Positions 52,921-64,000 of a DNA stretch of 64,000 bases are shown one piece after another. The notes under the pieces were generated by a model. The model searched no databases and was not told the DNA's origin. It saw only the letters and a list, made by a program, of their open reading frames with translations. Positions within the stretch are counted from its first letter, which is position 1; the number at the start of each line of letters is the position of its first letter. The stretch comes from Paraspadella gotoi (Eukaryota > Animalia > Chaetognatha). The DNA is taken from contig JBJCIZ010000040.1 in NCBI GenBank assembly GCA_051294375.1, forward strand, positions 290,330 to 354,329, in the 5' to 3' direction. Made by a program: the position numbers and the translations under genes.

Positions 52921-54141
52921 GGGCGATACCGCGGAGTCAGGTGTTGATTTGATGTCTTGATTTTTGTGCTTGTCCCGATTGGTGTAGCTTGATCATTTCC
53001 TCCCTGGAAAAGTAATATGAAAAGGGTGAATAACAAGACGGGACAAAATTGATCACTTTTTATCATTAAGAGTTCTGTAATATAAAGTTCATTTGTCCAT
53101 AATGTACTTAATCAATATTTAATATCACTATTTTAACTAGTAAAGCACGGTATAACATTAAAGCATTTAAATATTTATCAATGCAAAGGCAATGAAAAAT
53201 TTTTTTGTAAAAAATTTACTTTTTTAAGAACGGATTCAGGTAGCCCATGAAAAGTTGTCTACACATATTATAATGCGTTTTTTAATATTTCGATGATAAG
53301 TGGGTAAAATAATGAAAAAACTCTTTAAAATCATCATCATCGTACCATAATTTTTATAGCTTTTGCTAATTTTAAGCAATAAAACAAAAAATTTGAAAAT
53401 CTTGTAGTAATATTTTTTATTTATTTTTTTAATTTCTACCCGAATCTGTTTTAAAAAATTCTGATTTTGAAATAGTAATACGATAAATTTTAAATGCTTC
53501 TATGTTATTAACTATATATAAAATCAAATTTTTTTTTTAATTTCGTCATCCCACAGGGATGCTCTAACGTTATTTATATTACAGAACACTTAGTTTTTAC
53601 TTTGTTCCGCCCTAGTGAATAATAACATTCAAATTAGGTAAAAAGAGACAAATGACAATTAATTATCATAAGGAAATCATTTTGTTCTATTCATTTATTG
53701 TACAGATTATAAAAGAAAAACAAGACTCACCAGAGTTGATCAACGCGGTCTCGTCATAAGCCGTGTCTTTTGCATCTTGACGTCATTTTTTCTGCACAAT
53801 GAAAATAGGGAAACGAAAGAAAAGGGAGGGTTAAAATGGTTTGTTTAAAATGCAAGAAGATTGCTCAACAAATTTATATCCAAAGATACATTTAATTAAC
53901 TATTAAAAAATCCGAATCTAGTGCAAACCTTCATCGGAGTAAGACAATTGTGAATTTTGAAAAAATATTATATAATTCTGGCGACTCGAGTTGATCTCAG
54001 TCAACCAGATGACCTTCGTCACAAAGAGACTGTGAACCCTCAGACATCAGCGTCGTCGGCTGACTTCTTATTTTTACATTGTAAAGTTTCTCTCTCTTTT
54101 TCGTATTTCAAGCCAAGAACTAAAATCACGTTTTTATCTTT

Positions 54142-55191
54142 TTAATGCGCTGGGCGACCAATAGTGGGAATTTTGTGCCGGACTCCATGCTTCACCTCTT
54201 TAGCTTGGAAAGAGGGATTGGTAAGGTCAGGATAGTTGTCAAGAAGTTTTGAAAACGGGTTCTCTGCTGCATTGATGTAGTTGATGCCATCTGAAATAGT
54301 GTCGTCGGCAAATAAAGCTTTGATTTTTGAAAAGTCATTCAGATCCAAAAGAAGGCCATCCTTTTTGTTTGGTGCTAAATAATATTCGGCGAGGAAGTCG
54401 GCACCCAAGATTGGTTGCTTGACATCGGCGACGGTGAGTGAAAAGGGAGGTTTATTTCCATCATGGTGGTTCCATAGCTTTGGATAATGGTTCCATTGGC
54501 GGCTCTTAAATTTCCTAATGATGGTCCCTGACGGCGCTGCTCGGGGGTTGGGGGGATGATAGAGAGTAAAGCACCACTGTCAATGAGCCAGCGGCACTTG
54601 TTGACGCCATCGTGAACATATAGGAGTTTGCTGTCCTCAGATTGGCCGGGGACAGAGTTCACATCTGTCCTCCGGCCTCTGCTTTTCCCATCTTTTGGAT
54701 CGCACATCCAGGGAGGCATTTCTTTGATTTGGCACCAAAACGTTCGTGGTAAAAACAAAGTTTGTACTTTTCCTTGGTGGCCGCGAGTTTGGCGCTCTTT
54801 GAGGATTTTTCCTTCCAAGGACGAGAGAAAGGTTGAGTTGATTTTTGTTGTTTTGGCTTTTCTCCAATTGCATTGTCATCGACGTTGTCAGCATCTTTAT
54901 CATCTCCATTTAGGGAGTTGTCAGCGCAATAGTCTACTTCGTTGATAGACAAGGACGAGGACGAGTGAAGAGGGCGTCCCTGGGGATCGAAGTATAGGTC
55001 TGCAATGCTGGCTGCAGTCTTAGCATTGATTTCAGCTATTTTGTCGACCACTGAGCGCTGGATCTCTGATGGCAGTTCTCGTAGCATCAACTCCTTGAGC
55101 AAATCATCTATTGTGACGTCATCAGCTTTTTCAGCTTCGCAAGAAGCTGCGATGGGCGTCGGCCATCTTGGCAAATTCCATCAATGAGGAA
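54142..55191 (-). mobile_element. Older Ty3/Gypsy element, gag C-terminal half, protease and RT start (3' truncated)
   Basis: CFYHERFGAKSKKCLPGC, WLIDSGA, LRAANGT, GADFL, HGVRHKIPT. Confidence 0.85.
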
Positions 55192-56302
55192 TAAGGCATA
55201 GTAAAATTTCTAAATTTAACTTTAATTAAAATTCTAAAAGTGAGGATCGAAAAACATTATACTAATGAACATTTATGTAATAAAAAAATTTACAATAAAT
55301 TTTATAATTTACGCAGTAGGCCATATTTATACTAGTACTAAACCAATAAATGTTCAAATTTCAAAACAGTTTTTTCTAAGATTTTTTTGCAGATTTGGAT
55401 TCGTCATAAAAAGTTGGTAAAAAGAAATATAACTCTTTTTAAAAAATTCCTTCATTAAGTGGGTCAAAAATTAGAAAAAGCTATATTTTAAGCTGAAAAT
55501 TAACTTTTTATATATTAAATATAGTTTTTTAAATTTTTAACCCACTTAATGAAAGAATTTTTAAAAATGATTTTTATTTTCTTTTATCAACTTTTGACGA
55601 GGAATTCAAATCTGCAATCAAAATTAAAAAAAGCCTATTTTAAAATTTTTCGATATTATAAGGATAGTACTGAAGCAAAGGAAAAGACTTTTTGTAGAGA
55701 AAAGTATTATTTACTTTAAAATTGTAACACATTAACAAGAAGAAATTGAACAGAGAGAATCAGAGGGGAATCTGTACAGCAAAACTGTAAAACAATTGAA
55801 GAGAGAAATTCACTAGGTGGCGAATTAAAACTAACTAAAGGGGACACTATGTGGGAGAGTGAACAAAGGGTTGTGGATAGAAAATAGTCACTATGACAAC
55901 ATGTAAACAATTCGCTACATCCCCGCCCCAAGGCCACGACCGGGGTTGTTGCCTGATAGATGCTAACTAGTATTTACAAAAGAGTTTTGTGTTTTTTAGT
56001 TCAGAAGTTGAAAAATATTCCTATTGACGCTGTTGACACCAAGACCTTCGTCCGAAGGTAAAAGCATTGCAGGAAGCGCCGGCCGGTCTCGAGCATTACG
56101 ATGAGGTTGGCGACGGGACGGGGTTGGCGGCGGTGGCGTCGGAGGACGCGTTCGGGGCGGCCACGGCGGTTCCTTGGAGTGGCTTGTGGTGGAAATTGTG
56201 GAAGCTGGGTTGGTGTGGGTAGAAGTGGTTTGCGGATAGGGCGACCACATGGTGGAGCCATGGGTGGAGTTGGGGGATTGGTTGGGTCGGTGAAGGCTGG
56301 TT

Positions 56303-58174
56303 TTAGTCTGTCAACAGATATTTCTTCTGTTCCACGGCCAGGGATGTCGATTTTAAAATTCTTAGGGCCTCGTTCAATGAAGCAGTAAGGGCCTGTATAT
56401 GGACTTGAAAGGCTGTGGCCTTGTGGGCCGCGGAGAATAAAAACGAATTCCGAATTTCTGGTAGCACATATGTTGTTTGGAGGCCGTGGGAGGTGGCAGG
56501 GATGGGGCGCATAAGGGCGACGTCATGTCTTAGATTGTCAAGGAGTACCTGCTGGTTATTGTCTTGGTCATGGTTGTTGGATGCAGGGTTTATTTCTCCG
56601 GGAATAGTGAGAGTGTCTCCCAGGACCAATTCTGCTGGTGAGGCCTGGAGATCGTCTCTGTGGGTGGTTCTGATGCCGAGTAGTGTCCATGGGAGTTGGT
56701 TGAACCAATTAGAGCCTTGGGCGTCGCAACGTGTCTTTAGTGATGTTTTGAGTGTACGGTGCATCCGTTCCACCATGCCATTAGATTGAGGGTGGTATGC
56801 TGTGGTGGTTTGAAGTGTGTAACCAATTAGTTGAGAGAGTTGGTGCCACAATTCCGATGTAAATTGTGGGCCTTTGTCTGATATGACTGTAGATGGGATA
56901 CCGAATCTTACAATCCAGTTGTGAAGGAAGGCTGAGGCAATTGTTTGAGAAGTGGTATCTCTTAAAGGAATAGCTTCTGGCCATCGTGTAAATCTGTCAA
57001 TGCAAGTAAGAAGGTGAGTATGATTGTTTGATTCTGGCAGGGGGCTTACAATGTCAACATGAATGTGGTCGAATCTCTTTTGTAGTGTTTCGAAGGGTTG
57101 TAGGGGGGCATGTGTGTGGCGGTAGATTTTATTTTGCTGACAGATGAGACATGTACGAGCCCAGTTGTTGATGTCTTGTGATGCTGAAGGCCAGATAAAT
57201 CGTTTGGTGATGAGTTTTTGTGTTGACCTGATGTTTGGATGAGAGAGTGAGTGGATGGTGTCAAATACTTTTTGACGCCAGGTTGTAGGGACAATAGGGC
57301 GTGCTCTCCCAGTGTTTACATCACAAATGAGGTCGATGTCATTAACTTTGACTTGTTGAAATTTAAGGCTTGTGTGAGGGTCACTGAGCAGCCGTTGTGT
57401 GTCTGGGTCGGTAGTTTGTTCCTGGGCAAATGCTGTGAAATCAACACCTTGAGGGCCAATGGCGTTGATAGTGGATTCGAGCGTGGGGGTGGTTGCAGGT
57501 GAGTGTTTTACGCGGGACAGGGCGTCAGCTACGAGATTTGACTTGCCTTCAATGTATTTTATGTCTGTGGTGAATTCGGAAATGTTTGCTAGTTGGTATG
57601 ATTGACGCATGGTGTGAGGTTCTGTCTTTTTGCGGATGGCTGGGATTAGACTGTTGTGGTCAGAAAAAAGAGTGAAATGGCGCCCCTCAATGAAAGGGCG
57701 AAAATGGCGTACTGATCTGTGCGCTGCAAGCAGTTCTTTATCGAACGGTGACCATTTAGTTTGTGGTTCCTTGAGTGGAGCAGAGAAAAAACCTAGTGGT
57801 TGCCATGTAGAGTTGATGAGCTGCTCCAGAACGCCTCCTATGGCCGTATTAGAGGCATCAACTGTGAGGGCAAGGGGTGCACTATCAATTGGATGAACAA
57901 GCATAGTGGCATTGGCCAGTGCTTGCTTGACACCATCGAATGCTTGCTGACATTCTTCTGTCCACTGGAGTCGTTTTGGATTGCCGCAAAGTGCAGAGTA
58001 AAGGGGAGTGAGAATGCTTGCGATCTTGGGGATGAATATCCTGTAGTAGTTAAGCATTTCTAAAAAGCGTTGGGCTTCTTTAATGGTCGTGGGTGAGGGA
58101 ATGTTATGAATGGCTTCAACTTTGCTTTTGAGAGGTTTGACGCCTTTGGCATCAACATGGTAAGAAAATGCCAA
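56303..58174 (-). pseudogene. Gypsy RT connection, RNase H and integrase
   Basis: TVDAS, KELLA, SDH, NLVADALSR, HSLSHP..CLIC, IDRFTRWPEA, SDKGPQF, YHPQSNGMVER. Confidence 0.95.
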
Positions 58175-58216
58175 GAAAATTGAGTGATTCTACTCCTAAA
58201 ACACATTTAGCACGGT

Positions 58217-59017
58217 TTATGACCAGGCCATTGGTTTCCAGTGCATCAAAGAGGCGATTAAGGTCTTCAACATGCTCTGAAGGTGTGGTTGATTGGTTGG
58301 TGCGACAAGAATATCGTCAAGATAGACAAAGATGTGAGGAATGCCTTGCAGGACTTGATCCATCATTCTTTGAAAATCTTGTCCTGCATTTTTGAGTCCA
58401 AATGGAGTGCGTGGAAATTCCCAATTGCCAAATGGAGTAATGACTGCGGTTTTGTGAATGTCTTGTGGAGCAACTGGGATTTGATGATAACCTTTACAGA
58501 GATCTACCTTGCTAAAGATTTTCTTGCTTGCAATATGAGCATTGAAATCGCTGAGGTTTCTAATGGGATAGCGATTGTCCTTAGTGGCTGCATTGAGTTT
58601 TCTGTAATCGCCACATGGGCGCATTGATCCATCTGGTTTTCTCACCATGTGCAGTGGAGAAGACCATGCGCTTTTGCTTCTCCTGACAATACCAAGCTTC
58701 TTCATTCTTTCAAATTCGGCTTTGGCTATGGCAAGCTGGTCCGGGGCGAGCCGACGGGCGCGGGAATGAACTGGTGGACCTTCTGTGGGAATGTGGTGCT
58801 CAATGCCGTGTTTTGGTTTTGAAGGGTCGAATGAGAGTGTTGTGAGATTTTGTCGGTCATCAAGGAGCTTGGTGTATTGATTGACAACATGGTTGACGCG
58901 AAAGGTGTGATCTTTGTAGGTTTTGCCTGTGACTGTGGTAAAATCCTCAAGATCAATGAGGAGACCGAGAGTGTGGTCGGCTGTAAGGTGAAAATCCATG
59001 AGGAAGTCTGCTCCCAA
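58217..59017 (-). pseudogene. Gypsy reverse transcriptase
   Basis: WSSPLHMVRKPDGSMRPCGDYRKLN, PFGLKNA, YLDD. Confidence 0.95.
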
Positions 59018-59280
59018 AATAGGTGTGGTTATGTTTGCGACAGTGAAGTTCTATTCAAAACTGCGGCTGCCCAGTTGAAGTGTCATATTATGTGTGCCAT
59101 AGCAGTCGATAGGTGTGCCATTGGCGGCGTGAAGTGACTTTGAGATTGGGCCATTTGCTAATTGAGCTGAGGTTGGTGCAATGAGTGAGACACTGGCGCC
59201 GCCATCTACTAGCCAGGTGATGTTGTTGTTGTCGTCGCGGACATGAAGAGGTATGATGTTGCCGGCAGCGGCGTTTATCC

Positions 59281-60505
59281 CTAATGGCTGCCGGCCTGGC
59301 CATTTCCCCGGTAGCGGCAGGGAAGCTTACATTTTTTAGCTCTGGATCCGAATTCGTTGTGGTACCAACAATAGTTGGGGTTGTTTTGTTTGGAGTTGTT
59401 GTTGTTGTTGGTTGAGTTTCTCTGGAAGTTGTTGTTGCGTCTCTGTAGGTTTGGCCTGTTTGTCTTAAATCTTTGGCTGTTGTTGGTGGCAGCGCAGACA
59501 TTGGCATAGGTTGGAGTAGTGTAGAGTGGTTGATCAGCTTCTTCAGTGACATTGCAGATAAGCTCATCATCCTCAATGCTGCTGTCGCAAGTTAGTTCCA
59601 CTTCTGGTGGTTGCCAATGGTGGAGGTGGTTGACAGATGATGTGGTGGCGGAGGGAGTGTTGGCCTTGAGAGCCAACTCACCTGATGCTGTGTAAAAAGA
59701 GTCGGCATGCTTGGCGATTGCCTCTAGTTTTATGTCGTCCTTAATGACGACATTACAAACATGGTGAGGAAGGACGCTGGCGAGAATCTCGCGACAAAGG
59801 TCGTCAACGGAAAGTTTAGCAACGGTAGCTCTGAGAGCGGCGACAAACTGGGATGGCGTTCGTCCGCGAAGAGAATGAGGGCCAAGGAATTTAGCTGCTC
59901 GTTGGCGTGGCTTCTCCTCAAAGAGTTCATATAAAGTATTTTCCAAATCCATAAGACTTTGTTGAGTTTCATTTGGATAAAGATAAAAATCGTGAAGCAG
60001 TACTTGATGCTCTTTCGGTATAGCAGCTAGAATGTGGAGACGTTTTGTGGCTGGGTCAGTAACTTTTGCAAGCTGAAATGCGCCAGTTGCGGCAGCTATC
60101 CACATTCAAATGTTTTGTGAATCAAATGGGGGCAGTTTTGGGGTTTTTGGCCATTCCTCTTGAGTGGGAATGGGAGTGGTGTTTATTGGGGAGTGGGTAG
60201 TGCTTGGCGCTGTGGTAGTGTTATTGAATTGGTTCAGAAATTGTGTTGTGAATTCTTTAAACATTTCATGCATATGGGCGGTTAATTCATTTTTCATTTG
60301 ATTTAAGGTTGCTTCAATTGGAGGTGGGTTGTTGGCGGTCCATGTTTTCTACGTCTTCAAAAACGGAAGAGTTGGTAACGGCGCTGTTCGCGATGCTTGA
60401 GATGCTCGAGCGGGTGGTGGGAGGCCCAGAACCCACGATTCGGACGCTAGAGATACTGGAGCTGACGCGAGATCTTGCGCGACCACAAGGGATCAGTTGT
60501 TCCAA
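59281..60505 (-). pseudogene. Gypsy gag (interrupted by stops/frameshift)
   Basis: PKLPPF, GRTPSQF and the CWYHNEFGSRAKKCKLPC knuckle. Confidence 0.85.
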
Positions 60506-60942
60506 TGGCGACGCCGTTTTGACTTTGTTCTTTTAGTCGGGCTCACCATGAAGCAAAGGAAAAAACTTTTTATAGAGAAAAGTATTATTTACTTTAAAAA
60601 TGTAACACATTAACAAGAAGAAATTGAACAGAAAGAAATATGAGGGGAATCTGTACAGCAAAACTGTAAAACAATTGAAGAGAGAAATTCACTAGGTGGC
60701 GAATTAAAACTAACTAAAGGGGGCACTATGTGGGAGAGTGAACAAAGGGTTGTGGATAGAAAATAGTCACTATGACAACATGTAAACAATTCGCTACAGT
60801 ACTATATATAAATATAATCACTGCGAAAATTAAAAAACATAAAATTAATTTTTTTTACAAATTAATGTTCACTGATGGTATGTTGTTCATAATTGACTTT
60901 TAGAATTTTCGTATGTAACTTTCATTACCCCTTAATGAGGAA

Positions 60943-61520
60943 TGATGCCTTTTAAGCCTTAGTTCTGCCATATTCTTTTTTGAGGTAGGTGAGGAACAGG
61001 ATCCAATTTTCCTCCGTTGGTTCTCCATAGAGGAAAGAGTTTATTTGAGGATTAAAGTCCACCTTAAACTTGGATTCCAGATGAGCAAATTTATATTTTG
61101 CGTCGGTTATGTTCACTCAAGTGAAGGCCACTTCAATTCATTTTATCCAGATAGAGATGTTTTGAGGGTCGAAATCTTGAAGCTCCGGCTTCTTGAGCTG
61201 CTTTTGCTGCTGTTGCCACTGCTGCTGTATCTACTCTTGTGAAATGAATTTTGCTGTAGCAATGCGTAGACTGCTGCTGCCACAGCATTGGCGAAACGGT
61301 CTTCCGAGTCCTGATGTTGGCCATCATTTCCAGGAGCACTAGACGCCGTTGCGGGGGTGACACTTGCGTGATTCATCCTCGCGGGTTACTCTGCGCCAGG
61401 AAAGAAGAGTTGGTTACTTGCGGCAGATGGGGAAGTAGAAGGGGATATTCGTCCTCGACCAGCAGGAGGAGGAACGGCGAGAGATGTAGAGCGGGTGATT
61501 GGCCTGTTGGAGCTGTCCAT
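60943..61520 (-). mobile_element. Older Gypsy, gag N-terminal half
   Basis: Reading continues across the MITE TSD (..KASFL|IDGICQDGRRPSQ) into 55191. Confidence 0.65.
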
Positions 61521-62139
61521 GAGCATCAGTTAGTAAGCTGGGATCGTTATTTGATGCGGGAGGGCGCTGGAGGATGCGCCAGTCTTTAAACCGGCGGCGT
61601 TGTTGACTTGTTCCCGTTGGCGTTAGACGGGGGTTGGGAGAAAAGAATGGGGAGTGGGTGAGATTAAAGGGCGAGGGAATCGCTTAATTTCAATGTTATC
61701 TCGCCCTTACCTGAGAAATGATAAGTTTCCACGTTGGCCCCATTTTCGCCGGTATTTGATTAGGAATTTTGATAATGTTTAGCGATGTATAGGATTCGAG
61801 GACAATTAAAGTCAAAGGATCAGAGAGGTTGGAAAGAAGTTCGTAAGAAGGGTTAACCAATGTGGATAGATCTCGAGGTATTTCTGAGTAACATTTTTTC
61901 AATGTTTTTGATAAAAATAACCAGCAACGTTGAGAGGTTTAAAAGGTATAATAATCATAGCAGGAAACAGCAACTACAAAAGCAAGAAAACCAGTATATA
62001 AAGTTTTACTTGGGGAAATATAAACTGAAATACGACGTCATCAAGATATTGGCTGATGAGAAATAAAAGAGCAATGTTACATAAGAACAAAGGGTAAGGC
62101 TCGCGCTCGCTCCGAGAAAATAGGGACATATAGAGTTTT

Positions 62140-63420
62140 TTCAGTTCGGGTTAGGGTTTGGGAGTTTACAAACGGGTTTTTAGCTAGGGTTAGGGTTGAA
62201 GAGTTTACAAAATATAAAAATAAGGACGTATTGAGTTTTTTGAGTTAGGGTTTGGGAGTTTACAAATACATTTTCTAGCTTGACGTGTGAGATTTTAGAG
62301 TTTAGGGTTAGGATTGAGTAGTGTACGTTAGGGTTGGGTTGAATATTGATATTGAAGCATGGGTTAGGGTTAGAAAGTTTACAAATCGTGTTTTAGGGTT
62401 AGGGTTGTAGTATGTAGCCTTCAGTCCTGGCAGCAAAATTAATTATTATTAATTATAGTAATTTATTTACAAAGGAACCAAATTATATTTAACTATCAAA
62501 TTATGTAATACATCTTTTTATGTCTCCTAAATTAATTTAGGAGACATTTAGGAGACATTCGTTCTAGTTATGGCAACTTTGACTAAACTAAACTCAGATT
62601 AGGGTTAGTGTTAGGCTTGAGGTGGTTTAGGGTTGAGTAGGTCAAGGGTTAGGATTGAGTTGGTAGTAGTTAGGGTTAAGGTTGAGTAATTTTGGGTTAG
62701 GGTTGAGTAGTTTAGGGTTAAGGTTAGAGTTAAGTTCATTTTAGGGTTAATGTCAATTTTAGGGTTAGGGGTAGGGATGTTGTTGATGAACAGGAGGCCC
62801 ATGTTAGGGTTAGGGTAGGTACTGGTGAGGGACATTAGGGATTAGGGTTGAGGCACGGAGATGTACGGGAGGCCTGGGCTCGGTTTAGAGTTAGGGTTGG
62901 GAGAGAGGCACAGAGTTGAACAGGAGGAATGGTTTAGGGTTAAGGTTGGTAGAGGGGCCCATGGTTGACACATCGAAGGCGGTTAAGGATAGGGTTGAAG
63001 GACAAAGACTATGGGAGTTTCGGGCCTGGATTAGGGTTAGGGGAGAGGCACGGAGTTGAATGGAGAGGCCTGGTTTAGGGTAAGGGTTGGGGGAGGGACC
63101 CATGGTTGACGCATCAAAGGCGGTTAGGGTTAGGGTTGAGGCACGGAGATGTATGGGAGGCCCGGGCCAGGGTTAGAGTTAGGGGAGAGGTACAGAGTTG
63201 AACGGGAGGCCTGGTTTCGGTTTATGGTTGTGGGAGGAGCCCGTTGTTGACATGTCGAAGGCGGTTAGGGTTAGGGTTGAACAGGAGTTGAACGGGAGGC
63301 CCCGGATTATGGTTGAGGGTGACGGGTGAGGCACAGAATTGAACGGAGGCCTGGTTAGGGTTAGAGTTTTTGGAGGGGCCGTGGTTGACGTGTCGAAGGC
63401 GGTTAGGGTAGGGGGAGGAG
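62140..63420 (+). repeat. Degenerate TTAGGG-rich interstitial or subtelomeric-type repeat
   Basis: Many (TTAGGG)1-3 runs embedded in a longer imperfect unit (ccatggttgacacatcgaaggcggttagggttagggttgaggcacggag). Confidence 0.8.
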
Positions 63421-64000
63421 CCTCTGAGCTAGGGCGTTTAAAAATAACAAAATATAACAAATTGAATAAGGTACATAGCTATTTTAGTGTAAACAAGTCT
63501 GTAGAATTTGATGGTGATGACCCTTTTTTTTATTATTTTATCTTTCTTGTCGAAAATGACGATTTTTAATGTATATAAAATTGTCATAAAAAAACAATTA
63601 TAAGTTTGTGATAAATAAAATTATTAAAATTATTATAAATTACATGAGCTTTTGAAATATAAAATAAAGACTTATAAAAATATTTATGGTAAGTTTATTT
63701 TTAAATTTTTTATTTTATAAAAAGTTAGTGAATTATATTTTTTTAATAATTATGAGAAAAATTAGGTAAAGTTGAAAAGAAATAATTTCAAAATTTTATT
63801 GATGGATTTGTATTCCTTGCAAAAAAGTTGATATGAGAAAATATAATTTTTTATCTCACAAAATTATGTTAATAAGTTAGTCAAAATTTAGAAAAACTAT
63901 AATTTTAAGCCAAAAATTATTTGAATTAAAGACAAGTCTTGATACAGCAACGATTTTTATTTTATTGTACAGAACAGTTTCGGCTTTCATTCAAGCCTTC

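Larger units (their letters stand above)
55671..60798 (-). mobile_element. Full-length Ty3/Gypsy LTR retrotransposon (frameshifted)
   Basis: LTRs 60798-60549 and 55919-55671 (TGT..TCA); TSD GTAC; PBS TGGTGAGCCCGACTA; PPT GGGGCGGGGA; order gag-PR-RT-RH-IN. Confidence 0.97.
55192..60934. mobile_element. Foldback MITE inserted in the older Gypsy and interrupted by the younger Gypsy
   Basis: Arms 55192-55670 and 60799-60934; flanked by direct repeat (A)ATGAGGAA(T), 8 or 10 bp depending on terminus choice. Confidence 0.8.

Overview
AT-rich eukaryotic (probably invertebrate animal) genomic DNA with four N-gaps, made up mostly of transposable elements. It holds one clearly spliced host gene fragment (three phase-compatible exons; discoidin-like domain plus Cys-rich GCC2/GCC3-type repeats). 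The large elements are a full-length but frameshifted Ty3/Gypsy retrotransposon (55671-60798, minus) nested in a foldback MITE that is itself nested in an older Gypsy, and a deleted BEL/Pao element. There are also many DINE-1/Helentron-like repeats, a Mutator-like foldback element, minisatellites and degenerate TTAGGG arrays. Two 6-7 kb duplications next to gaps look like assembly artefacts. The main discovery is three sequence-distinct families of tiny non-coding LTR elements (TRIM-like). Two are complete (LTR-PBS-short internal region-PPT-LTR, 4-bp TSDs), and the third occurs as a solo LTR and as LTR plus PBS. Their LTRs carry tRNA-like Pol III A/B boxes (damaged in some copies) followed by a circularly permuted (type P5) twister ribozyme with a palindromic mini-P1. 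Their PBS matches that of the autonomous Gypsy in the same window. Together they look like animal twister-ribozyme LTR retrozymes. All structure calls were made by eye; no covariance-model search was run.
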